Assembly (NCBI GenBank): GCA_964016885.1 | Contig: OZ024745.1 | Span: 68,510,001 to 68,574,000, forward strand | Length of the DNA stretch: 64,000 bases | Source of the DNA: Eledone cirrhosa | Taxonomy: Eukaryota | Direction: 5' to 3' | Shown here: positions 15,769-30,160 of the stretch, in pieces | Layout of the letters: the number at the start of each line of letters is the position of its first letter | How positions within the stretch are numbered: the first letter of the stretch is position 1 | The notes under the pieces: model-generated | What the model was told of the DNA's origin: nothing | Seen by the model: only the letters and a program-made list of their open reading frames with translations | Database searches by the model: none | Made by a program: the position numbers and the translations under genes

Positions 15769-16665
15769 TCTCTATATATAAAACTGAGGATGTTTGTCTG
15801 TGTGCGTATATATGTGAGTTTGAATCCCTAAAACTCGAGAAGCACCCAACCGACTGTTTTCAACTTATGTTTCAGGGAGTGTTCTGAGCAAAGAAAATTT
15901 CAAAATTTCAATGTTAGGCGATTTAGCAATCTCTCTCTATAATTCTTAGTCTTTCTCTTTTTAGATAGATACTTACATATAACGTCGCACCCTTATAATA
16001 TCTGTCTGTATGTCTGCTGTCTGCATTACGTCACTTCCCACAATTCCATCTGCGTCCAGAACGCACCCTTATAATATCTGTCTGCATTACGTCACTTCCC
16101 TGAGGATGTCTGTCTGTGTGTGTGTGAGTTTGAATCCCTAAAACTCGAGAAGTACCCAACTGCTTTTTTTCAAACTTTACACGTGTATTACTTATGTTTC
16201 AGAGAGTGTTATGCACATAAAATTCGACTTTTTGATCTCCTAGGGCCCGCATTAGGTGAAAAACTGCGTTTTTTCAGGTTTTTAGGGGTATTTTGAGGCG
16301 TTACGTCAGACCGATTTCCTTGAAATTGTAACAATGTATTAGTCGTCTCTTCTTCATACCGTGAGCAAAGAAAGTCCAACTTTTTTATGGCCTACGGCAT
16401 TTGGTGAAAAGTTTCATATTTTCAGCTTTTTAGGGCTTTTTTGAGGCGTTACGTCTAGCCGATTTTCCCGAAATTCATTTTCTTATGTGAAACCTGCATT
16501 TTTCCTGCTTCATCGAGGAAAATCTTAAAGATTATCCAGCCATCAGTGTATCCGGTTTATTTTCTTTACATATTGTCCAGGCATGCAGTTTTCCCACGAT
16601 TAGGTCTGTTGGCGGCCCGCGTTCCAAAATACCTTATCCCGTGCAACGCCGGGTACCGCTGATAG
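15769..16665 (+). mobile_element. Non-autonomous Helitron-like element with internal duplications
   Basis: A|TCTCTATATATAAAA 5' end with TGTCTG repeats; 3' hairpin CCCGTGCAACGCCGGG followed by a CTAG-like end (ATAG|T); internal repeats 15786-15870 vs 16100-16205 and 16250-16330 vs 16400-16470. Confidence 0.65.
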
Positions 16666-18820
16666 TATATTATATTTATGCTATGAAGAAAAAATATACA
16701 GGCTAAGAGTCTTATTGTGGCTCTTTTAATTAATTGTATAGTTTTAGGTGGTAAATTGATAGAGTTGTTAGAACATAGGTCAAATTGTGTTGCAATGTTT
16801 CGGGTTCACAAAATGAAGTTCATTTTATAGTGATGAATTGGTGCAAGGATTAAAGCCTCGGACGCGATGATTTCTGATATTTGTAGCGAATCTTTCGGTT
16901 CTGAGTTCAAATTCTGCTTCTGTTTCTTCCTTCCCGTCTCGGAGTTCTTATTTTAAAAAAAGGTTTCCGTGGATTACGAAAACAGTTAACAAAAACTGTT
17001 CTTTTAGAATAAATTCTGTTTGGAACTATATACTTATTAAATTTTGAACAGATTGCTCCTGATAATATGGTGCTCGGGTGAACAATTACTAGAAGACAAT
17101 TACCGCTTCACCTCCATCTTTACGGTCTAGAAAGAATAAGCAAGGCTCAAAAGAATTGATCTCTGTATGCAGATAGACGTATCCGAGAAATAAATAGATA
17201 TCCCTATATAAGATAGATAGATACAAAACTCACAGGTATCGTTCTTCTAGCCAAATCCCATCAAGAATATTTCATGAACAGTAATCTGATAACCTGTATT
17301 TTAATTAGAATCGATAAATATATATATTTCTTTATTAACTAGATTAACCAAAACTTAATATATTAACATTGAAGTTGTTTACAACATCTCACTCATCGCA
17401 TTAGCAATACTCTTTTCATTTTGTACTGAAAAAACAACCTAACAAGTGGCCAACTTAGTTTTATATTATCTTAATGTTAGCTGTTGTAGTAGTAGTTTAG
17501 GCCTAGACCAACCTTGCTCTTGCAAACCTATATACGAAGACGTTCCAACCATGCCCATACCGTATTTTTATATATCAGATAACATATATTTAATATTATA
17601 TATTAGACATAAATATATGAACTTTCAACCACCTTAATTTGATTCATATACTTCCGTTATATATCTTATTTCTCTTTCTCTTTTTAGACTTACACAATAT
17701 AATACACTTTCAATATTTGGCTTCGAAACCTCAGGTAGCGATTTGATTCCGTGTATGAACATTAATAAATAATATAATATTTTTGCTCTCTTCCCGATTG
17801 AGAACTGTTTTCTTTTTTCCTTTTCACACCTACGGACACACACACACATATATATATATATACACACACACATATATAGATATGCGTGTGAGAAGAGAGA
17901 GAGAGAGAAGAAATAAAAAAGAAATGTGAGTAAGAGAAGGAATTAAGCAAAAATAAATAAATTGGAGAAATTGAAAGGAAGAATGGAAGATTATACTTTG
18001 GCTTCTAGTACAGTTGTGTTTACCAAGTAATTATAACATCAGGGAATGTTCTTCAGCATGGAGAGAACATTGACATAGGAGTCAACAACCAAGATTCATT
18101 GCCATTGAAAGCTATCTAAACACCGAGCATGCGCAATAGGAAACCGTTCTGTGGAACTCGTGGAAGGCATATTAATATTAATACTGATGAAATGAGAGTA
18201 GAGCGGGAAGTAAACATTCTATGAGGTAATTTACTGTAAATGTTTGGTTTATGCTTTAATTTCAAAGAAAGTATCAAACAATCGGGGAAGTGAGTAAATT
18301 ATTAAATACAAAGAAATAACGAATTAATTAGAAATAATTAGAATATTGCAGAGAGTATCTCTTGATATCTGTTCTATTTTCCTGCACATGAGCTCATATT
18401 CGGCAGAAGTAAACCTTGTCTTCCATCTTTTCGAGGTCGATAAAATAAAATATCACTAGTCTATGGCGGTGGATTGGCGGAATTGGTAGAGTATTAGACG
18501 AGGTGCATCGTGATATCTCTAACGTTTCTGTGCGTTCTGAGTTCATATTCCGACTAATCATTCAAGTGCTTCCTGTGACCAGAGCTAATAACCCTGTCAC
18601 AAGAAAACACAACCACATGGCCACATTAACCTAAACGAGAGCTTCAATGGATGTAGAAAAATTGTGGCCGTCCATTAATGTATTCGAAAGATTTTATATA
18701 TTTTTATAATGGACCTACAATAACTACAGCTGACCCACAGCTCAAAAAATGCAGACAATTATGCAAATATTTATATGTAACTTCATGCCCTAGATTGCAT
18801 TTATAAGCCTCCTTCAACTG

Positions 18821-18868
<48 letters not shown>

Positions 18869-19036
18869 GTAGGAGGTGAGTTTTATTGTAGTACAATAAA
18901 TCAATGCAGATATCGGATAAGAAGCACTCTACAGTTTGTAGGACTGGAGTATACATAATATATAAGATCAAAAGATGGTTAAAGGAGTTCTGCACTATCC
19001 ACAAGTGTTTTTTAGCCTTTATATCATGTCCTCCTG

Positions 19037-19103
19037 TTTTATCTGATGAAAACACAAATATTATTGCATGATGATGTTTGTTTTTGAAATGCGCATAATA
19101 AAA
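19037..19103 (+). ncRNA. Type I hammerhead ribozyme motif
   Basis: TTTTAT-CTGATGA-[AAACACAAATATTATTGCATGATGATGTTTGTTTTT]-GAAA-TGCGCA-TA-ATAAAA: 6-bp helix I, intact core, palindromic helix III. Confidence 0.8.
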
Positions 19104-19133
19104 TACATGGAACTCCTTTAACCATCTTTTGAT

Positions 19134-19363
<230 letters not shown>

Positions 19364-19413
19364 AAATGTAGTAAACTCAAGGCAGACGACAGTAACAACA
19401 GTTGACCATTATA

Positions 19414-19590
19414 TTGGCAGTATCGGTAGAGGGTTGGGCGCCATGCTTTCTAGCATAGTTACGTCCCTTTACAGTCTGAGTTCAAATCCCGCCGAGGTTA
19501 ACTTTGCCTTTCATCCTTACGGGGTCGATAAAATAAAGTACCAGTAATGTACTGAGTAATTGCTGGCCTTGTGCCTAAAGTAGAAACAAT
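19414..19590 (+). mobile_element. Meta-like SINE
   Basis: TTGGCAGTATCGGTAGAG (A-box-like), GAGTTCAAATCCC (B-box), CCTTTCATCCTTACGGGGTCGATAAA, tail AGAAACAATTAT. Confidence 0.85.
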
Positions 19591-19954
19591 TATAAATAAT
19601 AGCTGAAAGAAATTCTTGAGATGGAAAAAACATTGTCAGAAACGTTTTTTTCGGATTCGAACCAAGCATCTCTCTGATTATATATAGTGACTGATTATCA
19701 TTATATTCATTTTTGTTGGGACTGCTTCATTTCAAATTTCAAATTTTGCCAATGTCTATATCGAGATGCGCACTCATAGTGAGGTATATAAAGAGAAAAT
19801 GTGCCGAAGTTTTTATAAAATTTATGTTGATTATCGTCTTATCCTCACAGGTTTAGATTCATAAATATTCATTAGATTCATAAATATTCAAAATAACAAA
19901 GTGTATTTGTCAAATTAGATATTCTAACCTCTCTTTGTTGATTCATGTCACGTG

Positions 19955-20131
19955 GATTAGCAGCATCAGTCGGACACCACGCTTTGCTGCATAGAGTTAC
20001 GTCCCTTTATAGTCTGAGTTCAAATCCCGCCGAGGTTAACTTTGCCTTTCATCCTTACGGGGTCGATAAAATAAAGTACCAGTAATACACTGGGATAATT
20101 GCTGACCTTGTGCCAAAAGTAGAAACAATTA
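19955..20131 (+). mobile_element. Meta-like SINE
   Basis: Near-identical body to 19414-19590. Confidence 0.85.
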
Positions 20132-20437
20132 TTTAGGCTGAACAAATGACAGTTGTATTTTTCCTAAGAATTATTTTGTCTTTGAGTGTGATGTTATCTA
20201 TGTACGTGTGTGCGTGCATATGCATATATATATATATGCACCTTTATTACATAGCACAAGCGAAACTGCCGGCAGTAGGGGCCGGAACAATTATTCGGTA
20301 TACATTTGTCTATTTTTTCTTCATACCTATCATTTAAATTTAGCTAGGGTTAACTGATTATTTATTTAGTTAATTTCTCTGAACTAAGAAGAAAAGTTAG
20401 TTAGATAAATTTTATCTCTCTGTTCTTCAAACTTATA

Positions 20438-20523
<86 letters not shown>

Positions 20524-20529
<6 letters not shown>

Positions 20530-20717
20530 TGTAATAAACAACATAAGGCAATTATTCCATTTACCAGTGGTTTCTTAAAAGCAAAAGATTTTGCTTTCAA
20601 TCCTCAGAATGAAAAAAACTGGTCTGTTACATTCTGAGGATTGAAAGCAAAATCTTTTGCTTTTAACAAACCACTGGTAAATGGAATAATTGCCTTATGT
20701 TGTTTATTACATAACTA
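20524..20717. mobile_element. ~195-bp palindromic element with minimal HHR cores on both strands
   Basis: TAGTTATGTAATAAACAACATAAGGC... / ...GCCTTATGTTGTTTATTACATAACTA; + strand CTGAGGA-TT-GAAA-GCAAAATCTTTTGC-TT at 20634-20662. Confidence 0.7.
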
Positions 20718-20782
20718 TTAAGCTCTGTTACCTACATAGAGCACTCTTTTTTCCTGGACTTTTCCGACGGAATTACTTCATT

Positions 20783-20880
<98 letters not shown>

Positions 20881-22449
20881 TGTGTGTGCGTGTGTGTATT
20901 GAAGTTTTTTTTTCCAACGCGTCATATTCTAAATGCGAGACTTCATTTGTATGCATAAACGTTATTCGGAGAACTCTCTTAACAGAAGAATACAGTAATT
21001 GTACCTAAAACGCACAAATTTGGATCAGATAACACAAGAATCCCGTGAGGCATTTTAACAATTTAGCCAATTCCCTGCCCTTTAGGTGGTTCTTTATTTA
21101 TCAACTACGAAGTAATGAAAGGCAATGTTAACCTGATCGGGATTTGAACACGGAGCACAGAGATCCGGAACAAATATTGAGGCATTTAACCCGATAATTT
21201 ACTCAGATTGTTGAGGATCGGAACAAACAGCAAAGAATTTAATCCAACGCTTTAACGACTCTTCCAATTCGCCGCCTGTCACTTCTTTGAATTGACAGAT
21301 TAACAAACAAAAACAAAAAGACTTTAACTAGTCAACTATGATTGAATTTGATTTTACTGCCGTTACTTGAGTGTTGAATATTGACACGTCTTCTACAAAA
21401 CTACTCCAACATCATCATAATATTTCCTTCTGTTGCTTACTATTAAGTGTCATCTGCTGTTCGCTATTAAGTGTCGTCTGCTGAACAAAGTTATAATAAA
21501 GATAAAAAATTCTCATACACTGATGTAAGTTGGCGAAATTTAATTTGCTTTTGTAAATGAGATATATTTAGTTGGCAGACAATCCTCAAATTTCGATATT
21601 TTCTGTCCGAAGATAAGTACCACTAAACTTAGTGTTTATTTGTTTTTGGCAACGTGACCGGAAGATAGAGTAACATAAGGATATACGTCATTTTTTAATT
21701 TCTTATTAAAAGTTGGAAATATTCTTTTATCACAAAGATAACCATTTGTTGAATTGGCTTGAGAAGAATTATTTTAAATGGACACAATAAATGTTTATCT
21801 TTCCCTCTTTTTCATTGTTTTTCTTTCTTGCTTGCTTTCATTTAACATTAAAATTTCATTGTGCGAACAATAAATTATCGAACACCTTCATAGCTAAGCG
21901 TGTGGCTTTATGTTTCGTGTGTTGGTCTTACGATCACAGGGACACGGATTCGATTACTAACCATAGCAACGGACTGGCATCGAATTCAGAAGGAGATTTT
22001 CATGACAGAACGGGGGCCACTATTTTTAAAACACACAAGAAACCTATGGGAAGGAACCTCGTAGAAGATCAGCTAAACCAACATAGGTGTGAGCTGTAGC
22101 GTAGACAACAACAAGGAAGTCCTCATCGAATTGACTCATCAACCCAACATCGGTCCTTGATTAGTCATTCAAATGAAAGAACCCCTGTGTTTTGTAATAT
22201 AACTGTCATACTTTCTTGTTTTCGTTATTCATGATGTTACTGTTATTTGGGTCAATGCCTTTTGTCGTTTTTTTTGGGGGGGGGGGGGAGGAGGAGAAAG
22301 TCGATTAAATCGATCCAAGTGCGATACTGGTACTTTATTTTATTGACCCTAAACCTCAGCAGAATTTGAACTCAGAACGTTAAAAGCTAGAACAAATGCT
22401 ACAATTCATATCATTCGACACATTAACGATTCATCCAATCCATGGTCTT

Positions 22450-22518
<69 letters not shown>

Positions 22519-22789
22519 ATAGTAGGGTTTTGTATTACTAAAAAATAACAGTACAGCTGCCTCAAAGATGAAATATTATTAAACAAATTATAATAAATCC
22601 TTATTATGTAATAATTGTGAAAGTTACTTGGTTTAAGAATAAAATGTCGCTCTCTAATTGGTTTCATCTACTGTTTTTCTTTCATTTTCGTTTTGGAAAC
22701 GAAGTATCTTGTTTAATGAAATATCTTCATTGACAACTCTACTTAAATCCTTCAAAATATATTATTTTCCAACGTACGTCATAACTAAA

Positions 22790-22930
22790 GATAATTATAA
22801 CAAATTGACCGAAGAAAACGACATGCAATTTAATGCTGGAAATTGGCAAGTACTTTGCAATAAGACTTTTAACATAGTGCCACCAGGACATCTAGGACTG
22901 GAATGGATGGCCATCTCAATGTCACAATTA
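22790..22930 (+). mobile_element. CR1/L2-like LINE RT C-terminal remnant
   Basis: Translation EENDMQFNAGNWQVL...VRDL resembles the W...N.M.FN..K..VL...RDLG thumb region of CR1-group RTs. Confidence 0.5.
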
Positions 22931-23419
22931 GTGCGTGATCTACCAACATAGATGTTTTTTTTTTATCCAACTAGTTTAAACTCTATGAATCACTTTCCAG
23001 TCCAACCAACAGCAAGTGTACGAATAATAACATTTGTCCATAGAAATCCGCCTTTCTACAGAGATAATGTATCAATCCAGAATAAAAACTTAGAATACTT
23101 CATTAAATGCATTAAATCCATTAAATCTATTGAAATCCCACTAAAACCAAAACACGGATACATTTCGAAATAAATGTAGAAATAAGACATCTTACTGTTT
23201 CTTTTTTCATTTGGAATCTGAAAATAACAAACATCAACAGTATAATATAAAATAGAATATAATCCCTAGAGCCACATCATATAATGAGGAAAATACATAA
23301 TCTATAATAGAATATTTGGAAATAAGATTATACTGCATAAAACATTTTCACACAATTTTTTAATATATGTTTTTGGTTAGTTCTATCTTACATAAATAAC
23401 CATACACACAATATCTAGT

Positions 23420-23590
23420 GAACGTTAGAATGTCTATGGAAAGAATCGCTGGACATATTTTATGGGCAGGAGACCCAGGAGTAGACCATGAACAAGATGG
23501 TTGAATAACATCCATGAGCTTTGGTGGTATTGCTTGGAGATGCAGCAAGATTAATTGGAACTGCAGTGGTTAGTCCTATATGTATGTATG
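23420..23590 (+). mobile_element. RTE-like LINE 3' remnant followed by a short (TATG)n tract
   Basis: AGGAGACCCAGGAGTAGACCATGAACAAGATGGTTGAATAACATC translates to RRPRSRP*TRWLNNI, the typical RTE C-terminal motif. Confidence 0.6.
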
Positions 23591-26548
23591 TTCTTCTGGT
23601 TTTATAATTTCACAAAGTTTTACCAATAGAAAGAGAGTCGGTTTCTAACATAGACACAAGACTCTCTCATTGGAATTTACACAACATCAACTAGGTAGAT
23701 ATGTATGTATGCATGCATGTGTAGATATGGATGTTATTGTATGTGTGGATGTGTATGTTTTGAGTTGTATGTATGTTCTTCTAGTTTTATAATTTCACAA
23801 AGTTTTACCAATAGAGAGAGAGAGTCGGTTTCTAACATAGACACAAGACTCTCTCATTGGAATTTACACAACATCAACTAGGTAGATATGTATGTATGCA
23901 TGCATGTGTAGATATGGATGTTATTGTATGTGTGGATGTGTATGTTTTGAGTTGTATGTGTGCATGTGTATATGCTTTGCATCTGTACATGTGTATATGC
24001 AGTTATTAGATGCAACATTTTTGGAATGTCTTACATATTTTTACTGTTCCATTAATGGATTGTACTTGTAATTTCCTAACTACTTGTGTTCTTTCTGTTC
24101 CTGTGAAGCCTAGCTTCTCAAGATTTGTATTGAGGCAGTTACTAACATATCCCAGTGTCCCAATAATCACAGGCATAAATCTGAAGGTGTAATCAGGGTG
24201 GAGTATCTGCAGATTTCTCATCAGTTCTGCATAAATGTTCTCCTTTTCACTAATCTTTGATATTATATTGGCATCTGCTGGGCAGCTAATTTCCACTACT
24301 CTGCATACTTTCTTCTCCCTGTCCCATATCATAATATCTGGTCTGTTATGCCTGCATTTTATTGGGATTTTTACTTGGACATTCCACCAGTACTCTTTCA
24401 TATTATGTACATGGATGTCTTCCACATTGTTGTAGCTTTTAATGTGTTTATTATCGGGGCTATCTTTGTTACGAACTGCATTGTACAGTGTTTTGGCCAC
24501 TACATCATGCCTCATAGGTAGATAGTACCGCGATGACATCTTTGGACAGCTGCTGATGACATGGGTGATATCCTCGATGTTAGTTCTGCAGAGTCTGCAC
24601 TTGTTATCACATCTAGGTGTTTTGCCTGCATCCCTATCTCTTTTGTGAATCAGGTATTTCGTGCTAATCTCCTGTTCCTGGATTGCAAAAGCGTATCCTT
24701 CAAAAGCGTATCCAATATAGCGGTTGTTGATCCAAGATAGACTACTTTCCTTATTTATATTTCTCCCACTCTGGAGCTTCCTGGCAACATATCCATGCAT
24801 GATTTTTTGCTGATAGGCATGCAGTTTTTCATCCATGGATTCACTGCGATACTGCTGACGACATCCCTGGGTGTGAGTTTTTGATTATCACACGTGGAAT
24901 ATCTCTCAAGGAGTTCCTTCCCAACTCTCATGATCTTATCTGTTTCATGCAGATAGACTTGCTCGAGAAACAGGCTCCTACGCTTCGAGGTTCGTAGATG
25001 TTGTCGGGGGGATATGATGCGAATGCAAATATTGTCTGGACTGATGTTAGGCCTCTGCCTCCCTGCTTACGTTTCAAGTAAATGCGGTCTATATCACTGT
25101 TGATGTGGAAGTTTCCGGTGTTGTTCAGTACTTTTCGAGTTCCAACATCAACTGCTCGGATTTCGTTTATCGTCCAATTGAGTATTCCAAACGTTGGTGT
25201 TAGGACAGGCACAGCAAACACATTGTGAGTCACTGTTTTGTTTTGCGCAGAAAGTTCCGATGACCAGATCTTTCTTAATCGGGTGTAGTATTCCCTGGTT
25301 ACGCGTTCTTTATTACAGATACCATTATAGGATATGTTCTCATCTATCCCCAGGTATCTGTAGCAGTCCTCATCAGATATCGGTGAAACAGTTAGGCCAT
25401 TGATGACAATGTTGCTAGATTGGGTTGTTGTTTTCCCCCGCTTTACAGTCATGTATGAGCATTTATCTTGGCCAAACTCCATTCCTATATCCTTTGATAA
25501 CGTTGTAACGAGGTCAAGATTTTTCTTCATCCCATCCATGTTCTTGGCATAGAGTTTCACATCGTCCACAAAGAAATTATGGGTTAGGTTCGTATTTCTG
25601 TCCTCCTGTGAGCCAATGATTTATCCCTCACATTTCTTGAGCAGAAAGGACAAGGGGTTTAATGACAAGATGAATAATATCACAGAGAGACTGTCCCCCT
25701 GAAATATACCCCTGCAATATTTTATTTTATCAGTGAAAATAGAGTCCTCCCTCTCTGTCTTTAACCTTAGGAGAGTAGCCCAAGAAGAAGACAGCTTCTC
25801 TATGGCTCTTATAATAATCTTTGGGACTTTAGCAAGTTGGAGGGCCTCTATCATCCAAGAGTGGGGAACAGAATCGAAAGCTCTCCTGTAGTCCAGCCAG
25901 ACTGTAGTCATATTCCTCCTGAGTTGTCGCACCTCCGACATCGCAGTTTTGTTGATTAGGAGTTGTTCAGCAAATCCCCAAACCCCTTTCTTTCCAGCTG
26001 CTTATTCATCTGTGATGATGTTATTATTTTCACAGTGATCTTGGAGGAATAGGTTCAGGCAGGCAGTATACATCTTATACATCAGGTTCTGGCATGCAAT
26101 GGGTCGGTAGTTTTTTGCCAAGTGGGTGTCTTTGTTCTCGGGGACCAGTAATGTTTGTGCTAATGTCAACCATTCTAGTATAAGTGTATCTCCCTTAAGA
26201 ACTTGTTGGTAGAGGTCAGTAAGATACCTCCGATAGAATATCAGTTTTTTGTACCAGTAGCCCACAATCATGTCTCTTCCTGGTGTTTTATTATCTTGGA
26301 GTTTTCTTATCACAGTCTCAAGGGTACCCTCACTTATTTCGTATGTTTTTGTTGTAGTGTAGGAGCAATAGTTCTTTCGGATTTCTCTTAGCCACACTGC
26401 ATCTTCGTTGAAATTCTTCTTTTCACCGCATATTTTGCTCCAAAAGGAATCTGTCTTTCTGGGATGGGGCCTCAGTGACATTATTATTTTGCCCTTCATA
26501 TCTCTATAGACTGATGTTTGGTTTCGTCTGAATCTTTTATTAAGCACT
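23591..26548 (-). mobile_element. R4/Dong-like non-LTR retrotransposon, 5'-truncated, RT + Zn-knuckle + RLE endonuclease, disrupted by stops/frameshifts
   Basis: ORF pieces 26002-26547 (KNYRPIAC), 25621-25941 (LDYRRAFDSVPH, GIFQGDSLS), FFVDD at ~25560, 24928-25569 (YRYLG, GGRGL), 24006-24836 (CRLC..HVISSC, RHD, RPD..E); flanked by (TATG)n; 3' UTR has a ~185-bp tandem duplication. Confidence 0.92.
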
Positions 26549-26624
26549 CTGTATGTATGTATGTATGTATGTATGTATGTATGTATGTATGTATGTATGT
26601 ATGTATGTATGTATGTATGTAGAC

Positions 26625-26657
<33 letters not shown>

Positions 26658-26678
26658 TGTATGTATGTATGTATGTAT

Positions 26679-27238
26679 ATCACATGGTCGGGTCGTTGGC
26701 GACTAAACTGGCAACCCCACCAAGGTTTCTTGGTGAGGAGGGTGACTTTGGACATCCTGCAGGACTAAAAATAAAACCTGTCAAAGAGCAAAGGAGCTCT
26801 TAAGAGTCAATGGCCATCCAAAATCACCGAGAGAGATGACCCCTTAGCCTTTGTCAAGGCAGAATTCTAGGAGAAGGAAAACTCTGATATAACACCTGCA
26901 ACCCTGATTGTATCCAATGATGTTGACTTGTTCTTCTTTTTGGTAAATATCATCTTGGTTAAGAGAGTGGGACTGGCTTTGTGCAGTGCTTTTGCTCACT
27001 ATAAAAGCTTCACGACACAGGCATTGCTTTATATCTGGAGATCTCTCTGCACTTGACGTCACATGGTACCATGGGCCCAGCACTATGTGTCAATAATTGT
27101 CACAAGTGTAGTGTTTGTACCAGAGTTTTCAAGTCGCTGGCTGGACTAAAAAGTCACACTCGTTCAGCGCATCGGTAGGGGTTCTTCTACATGGATATAA
27201 AGTAGTGGCCGTACTCGAAAACGAGTTGGCAGCCACCA
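26679..27238 (+). mobile_element. Non-coding RTE-related retroelement ending at (ATGT)n
   Basis: TTCTAGGAGAAGGAAAACTCTGATAT motif and end GGCCGTACTCGAAAACGAGTTGGCAGCCACC|ATGT; related copies at ~27289-27570 and 29782-30122. Confidence 0.5.
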
Positions 27239-28367
27239 TGTATGTATGTATGTATGTATGTATGTATGTATGTATGTATGTATGTATGGATGCACGAGGA
27301 CATGGAATTAATTGGTTTGATGCACGAGTGTGCCTTTAACTCACCGGGTTACGACATCATTCTAGGAGAGAGAAAACCGATGTAAAACCTGCAACTCGTT
27401 GGCAGCCAATGCTATTGACCTGTTCTTCTTTTGGGATGTATGCCACCGTTGTACTGAGAGTGTTTCGTCCAGCACAAAGTCTTTCTTTACTTAAAAAGCT
27501 TCAATCACAGTCATCACTTGATCTAAACATCTTACTCGAGTTTTGCACGAGCATGGCTGGCCGTAGCTGAAAAGGTTTTTTTTCTTTCGTTGCAGCATAA
27601 GCAAAAAGGAATGTAAGTCCTTGGCAAGGTTAACAATTCATGTTCGTGAGAAAAGATCAAGTGATGGCAATTCTAGAAAGTGAGATACAGCCATCATGTG
27701 TGTGTGTCCGTAGCAGTGTTTATGTCTCATAACATAACGGTTAGACCATACACGGAGAATGTATAGCAATTTTGTAACAATAAGTACTGGATTCGATATG
27801 GTCGACTAAATCCGTTCAAGCTGGTGCCCAAGCATGACCGCAATCATAGAAAAAATAATAAAGAAAAATACCTTAAACAAAAGAATAAATCCATTCTCGT
27901 TCCACCCTAAAAAAAAAAAAATAAAAAACCTATTAGAAACCTTATGATTTTATCTCAATATTTAAAAAAAGTCATACAAAAATGTTGTTATTAACTTATT
28001 TACTGGCTACAGAAAACCTATTATCATATCAAACAACTGAAGTTACAATCTACTTTAAAAAAAGCCTTTTTCTTTTTTTATAAATTACGTATTACTATGC
28101 TATTGTTACTTCAAAAATAAACAAGCCATTTGACGTCCCGAATAGCTATCTCCTCCTACATACATGTTTTAACTGCTATTGTTTTGTAAATTGTGTTGCT
28201 GGCATGGTAGCTCTGACAGATCTATATATAGCAATAAATGACAATGTTAGTTTAATGGTAGACGACCACACTTACACACATACACACACACACACACAGA
28301 CACACACACATATATGAGATTGATAAAATAAATGATAGATTTGAAAGAATTAAGAATGGGGTTCACA

Positions 28368-28425
<58 letters not shown>

Positions 28426-28586
28426 ACATATATATATATATGTACACACATATAGATATATATCTGTACACACACATATATATGCATGTATATAGTTGTA
28501 GTATTACACTATTAAGAAAATACTGCTAGCCTGCATGGAGTCCTTCTAGAGGATTGCGTTTTACACATAAACATGCAACACAGTCA

Positions 28587-28645
<59 letters not shown>

Positions 28646-29282
28646 ATATATATATATATGTGTATGTGTGTGTGTGTATAGAGAGAGCGAATGAATATAT
28701 ATATATATATATAATATATATATATATGTTTGTGTATATACATATATATGTGAATATGTGCGTGTATAAATAACAATATAACATAAAATGCATGGAAACT
28801 GCTGGTGGTCTGCGTGGGCAAACATTGATTTTATTGGTACAACCTAGGTATTTCTACTTATATACAGGGTTTTGTAGAGAGGTTTACATCTTTCTGACGT
28901 AAGTCTATTTTCGGAGAAGAGAAAACTCTGTTGCAATGATAGATTGGAAAATGAAGAAAAAAGCCAAAGAAATTGCTTAGCTGTGTATGTGTAATTGAAA
29001 TGGTCGGTGGGTCAGAGAACCTAAGACAGTGAATGCCATGTGAGGTGGAAAGAGAGAAAGAATAAAAAGTATAAGATGGCGGCGGCGGTGGTGGTGGTGG
29101 GGTAGAGGTGGGGTGATGTGGGGTTTAAGCAAGAAAGAATAGTTAGTAAAAGTCAGGAAATGATGTCCAATTTCAAGCAAGGCCTCTATGATTAAAGAAT
29201 CCATGAAACTTCTTATGAAATGGAACCCAAACCTACATAGGCGCGAGCTGTAAATTTTATTTTATTATGATAACATGTTGGA

Positions 29283-29661
29283 CAACTAATTTCTACCACC
29301 ATGCACCATTTCTTTTCTCTACCCCATATTCTGTCTGATTGGTTGTTCTTACACTTAATAGAGGTTTTCATGGGAACATTTCTCTAGCACATGATTGATA
29401 ATGTCTCTCGCCCCCTTCCACGTCATTGTAACAGCTGATATTTTCATCTCCTGAACAATCCTTTCTATGGATTGCATTTTGGTCCTTACATCATGCCACA
29501 TAGGTTCGTAATTATATTTCTGCACGTCAATTACATCCATTAGGTCACATATTCGCTCTTAACTCCAGAGTCAGCACCTGTTATTACAGTCAGATGTTTT
29601 AGCTGCATATTTGTCTCTTTTCTTTATCAGGCATAGTGTTATTTCCTCGATTGTGCATGCT
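29283..29661 (-). mobile_element. Older, diverged R4/Dong-like RLE-domain fragment
   Basis: EEITLCLIKKRDK..KT..CNNRC, ..P.WHDV and INHVLEKC align with the Zn-knuckle region of 24006-24836; abuts (TATG)n. Confidence 0.6.
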
Positions 29662-29781
29662 TGTATGTATGTATATATGTATATATGTGTGTATGTATGT
29701 ATGTATGTATGTATGTATGTATGTATGTATGTATGTATGTATGTATGTATGTATGTATGTATGTACATATGTATGTATATG

Positions 29782-30122
29782 CGCAGGGACATGGAAATAG
29801 TTGGGCTGGACACCCGATCGCGCGGTTAAACCACTGGAAGTGAAGGACTCCTAGCCTTTGTCAGGGCATTCTTCTAGGAGAAGGCAACTCAGGAAACTGG
29901 GATAACTCCGATATAAAACCTGCGGCACAGTAGTTACCGATGATGATGATCTTTTCTTCTTTTCGGGTTATAGCTACTGTCGCTTAGAAAGTGGGATTGG
30001 CTCAATGCACAGTTTTTCCTCACTTTAAAAAATATCTTCACGCACAGGCATTGCACGATATAATTAATTAATAATGGTATATCGTGCAATGGCCATACTC
30101 GATAACGAGGGGGCAGCCATCA
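29782..30122 (+). mobile_element. Second copy of the RTE-related non-coding element
   Basis: TAGCCTTTGTCAGGGCATTCTTCTAGGAGAAGG and terminal GGCCATACTCGATAACGAGGGGGCAGCCATC|ATGT. Confidence 0.5.
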
Positions 30123-30160
30123 TGTATGTATGTATATATGTATGTATGTATATATGTATG

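Noticed and set aside
19414-19492. tRNA gene-like A/B boxes
   Set aside because: These are SINE heads; there is no cloverleaf and they continue into the SINE body.
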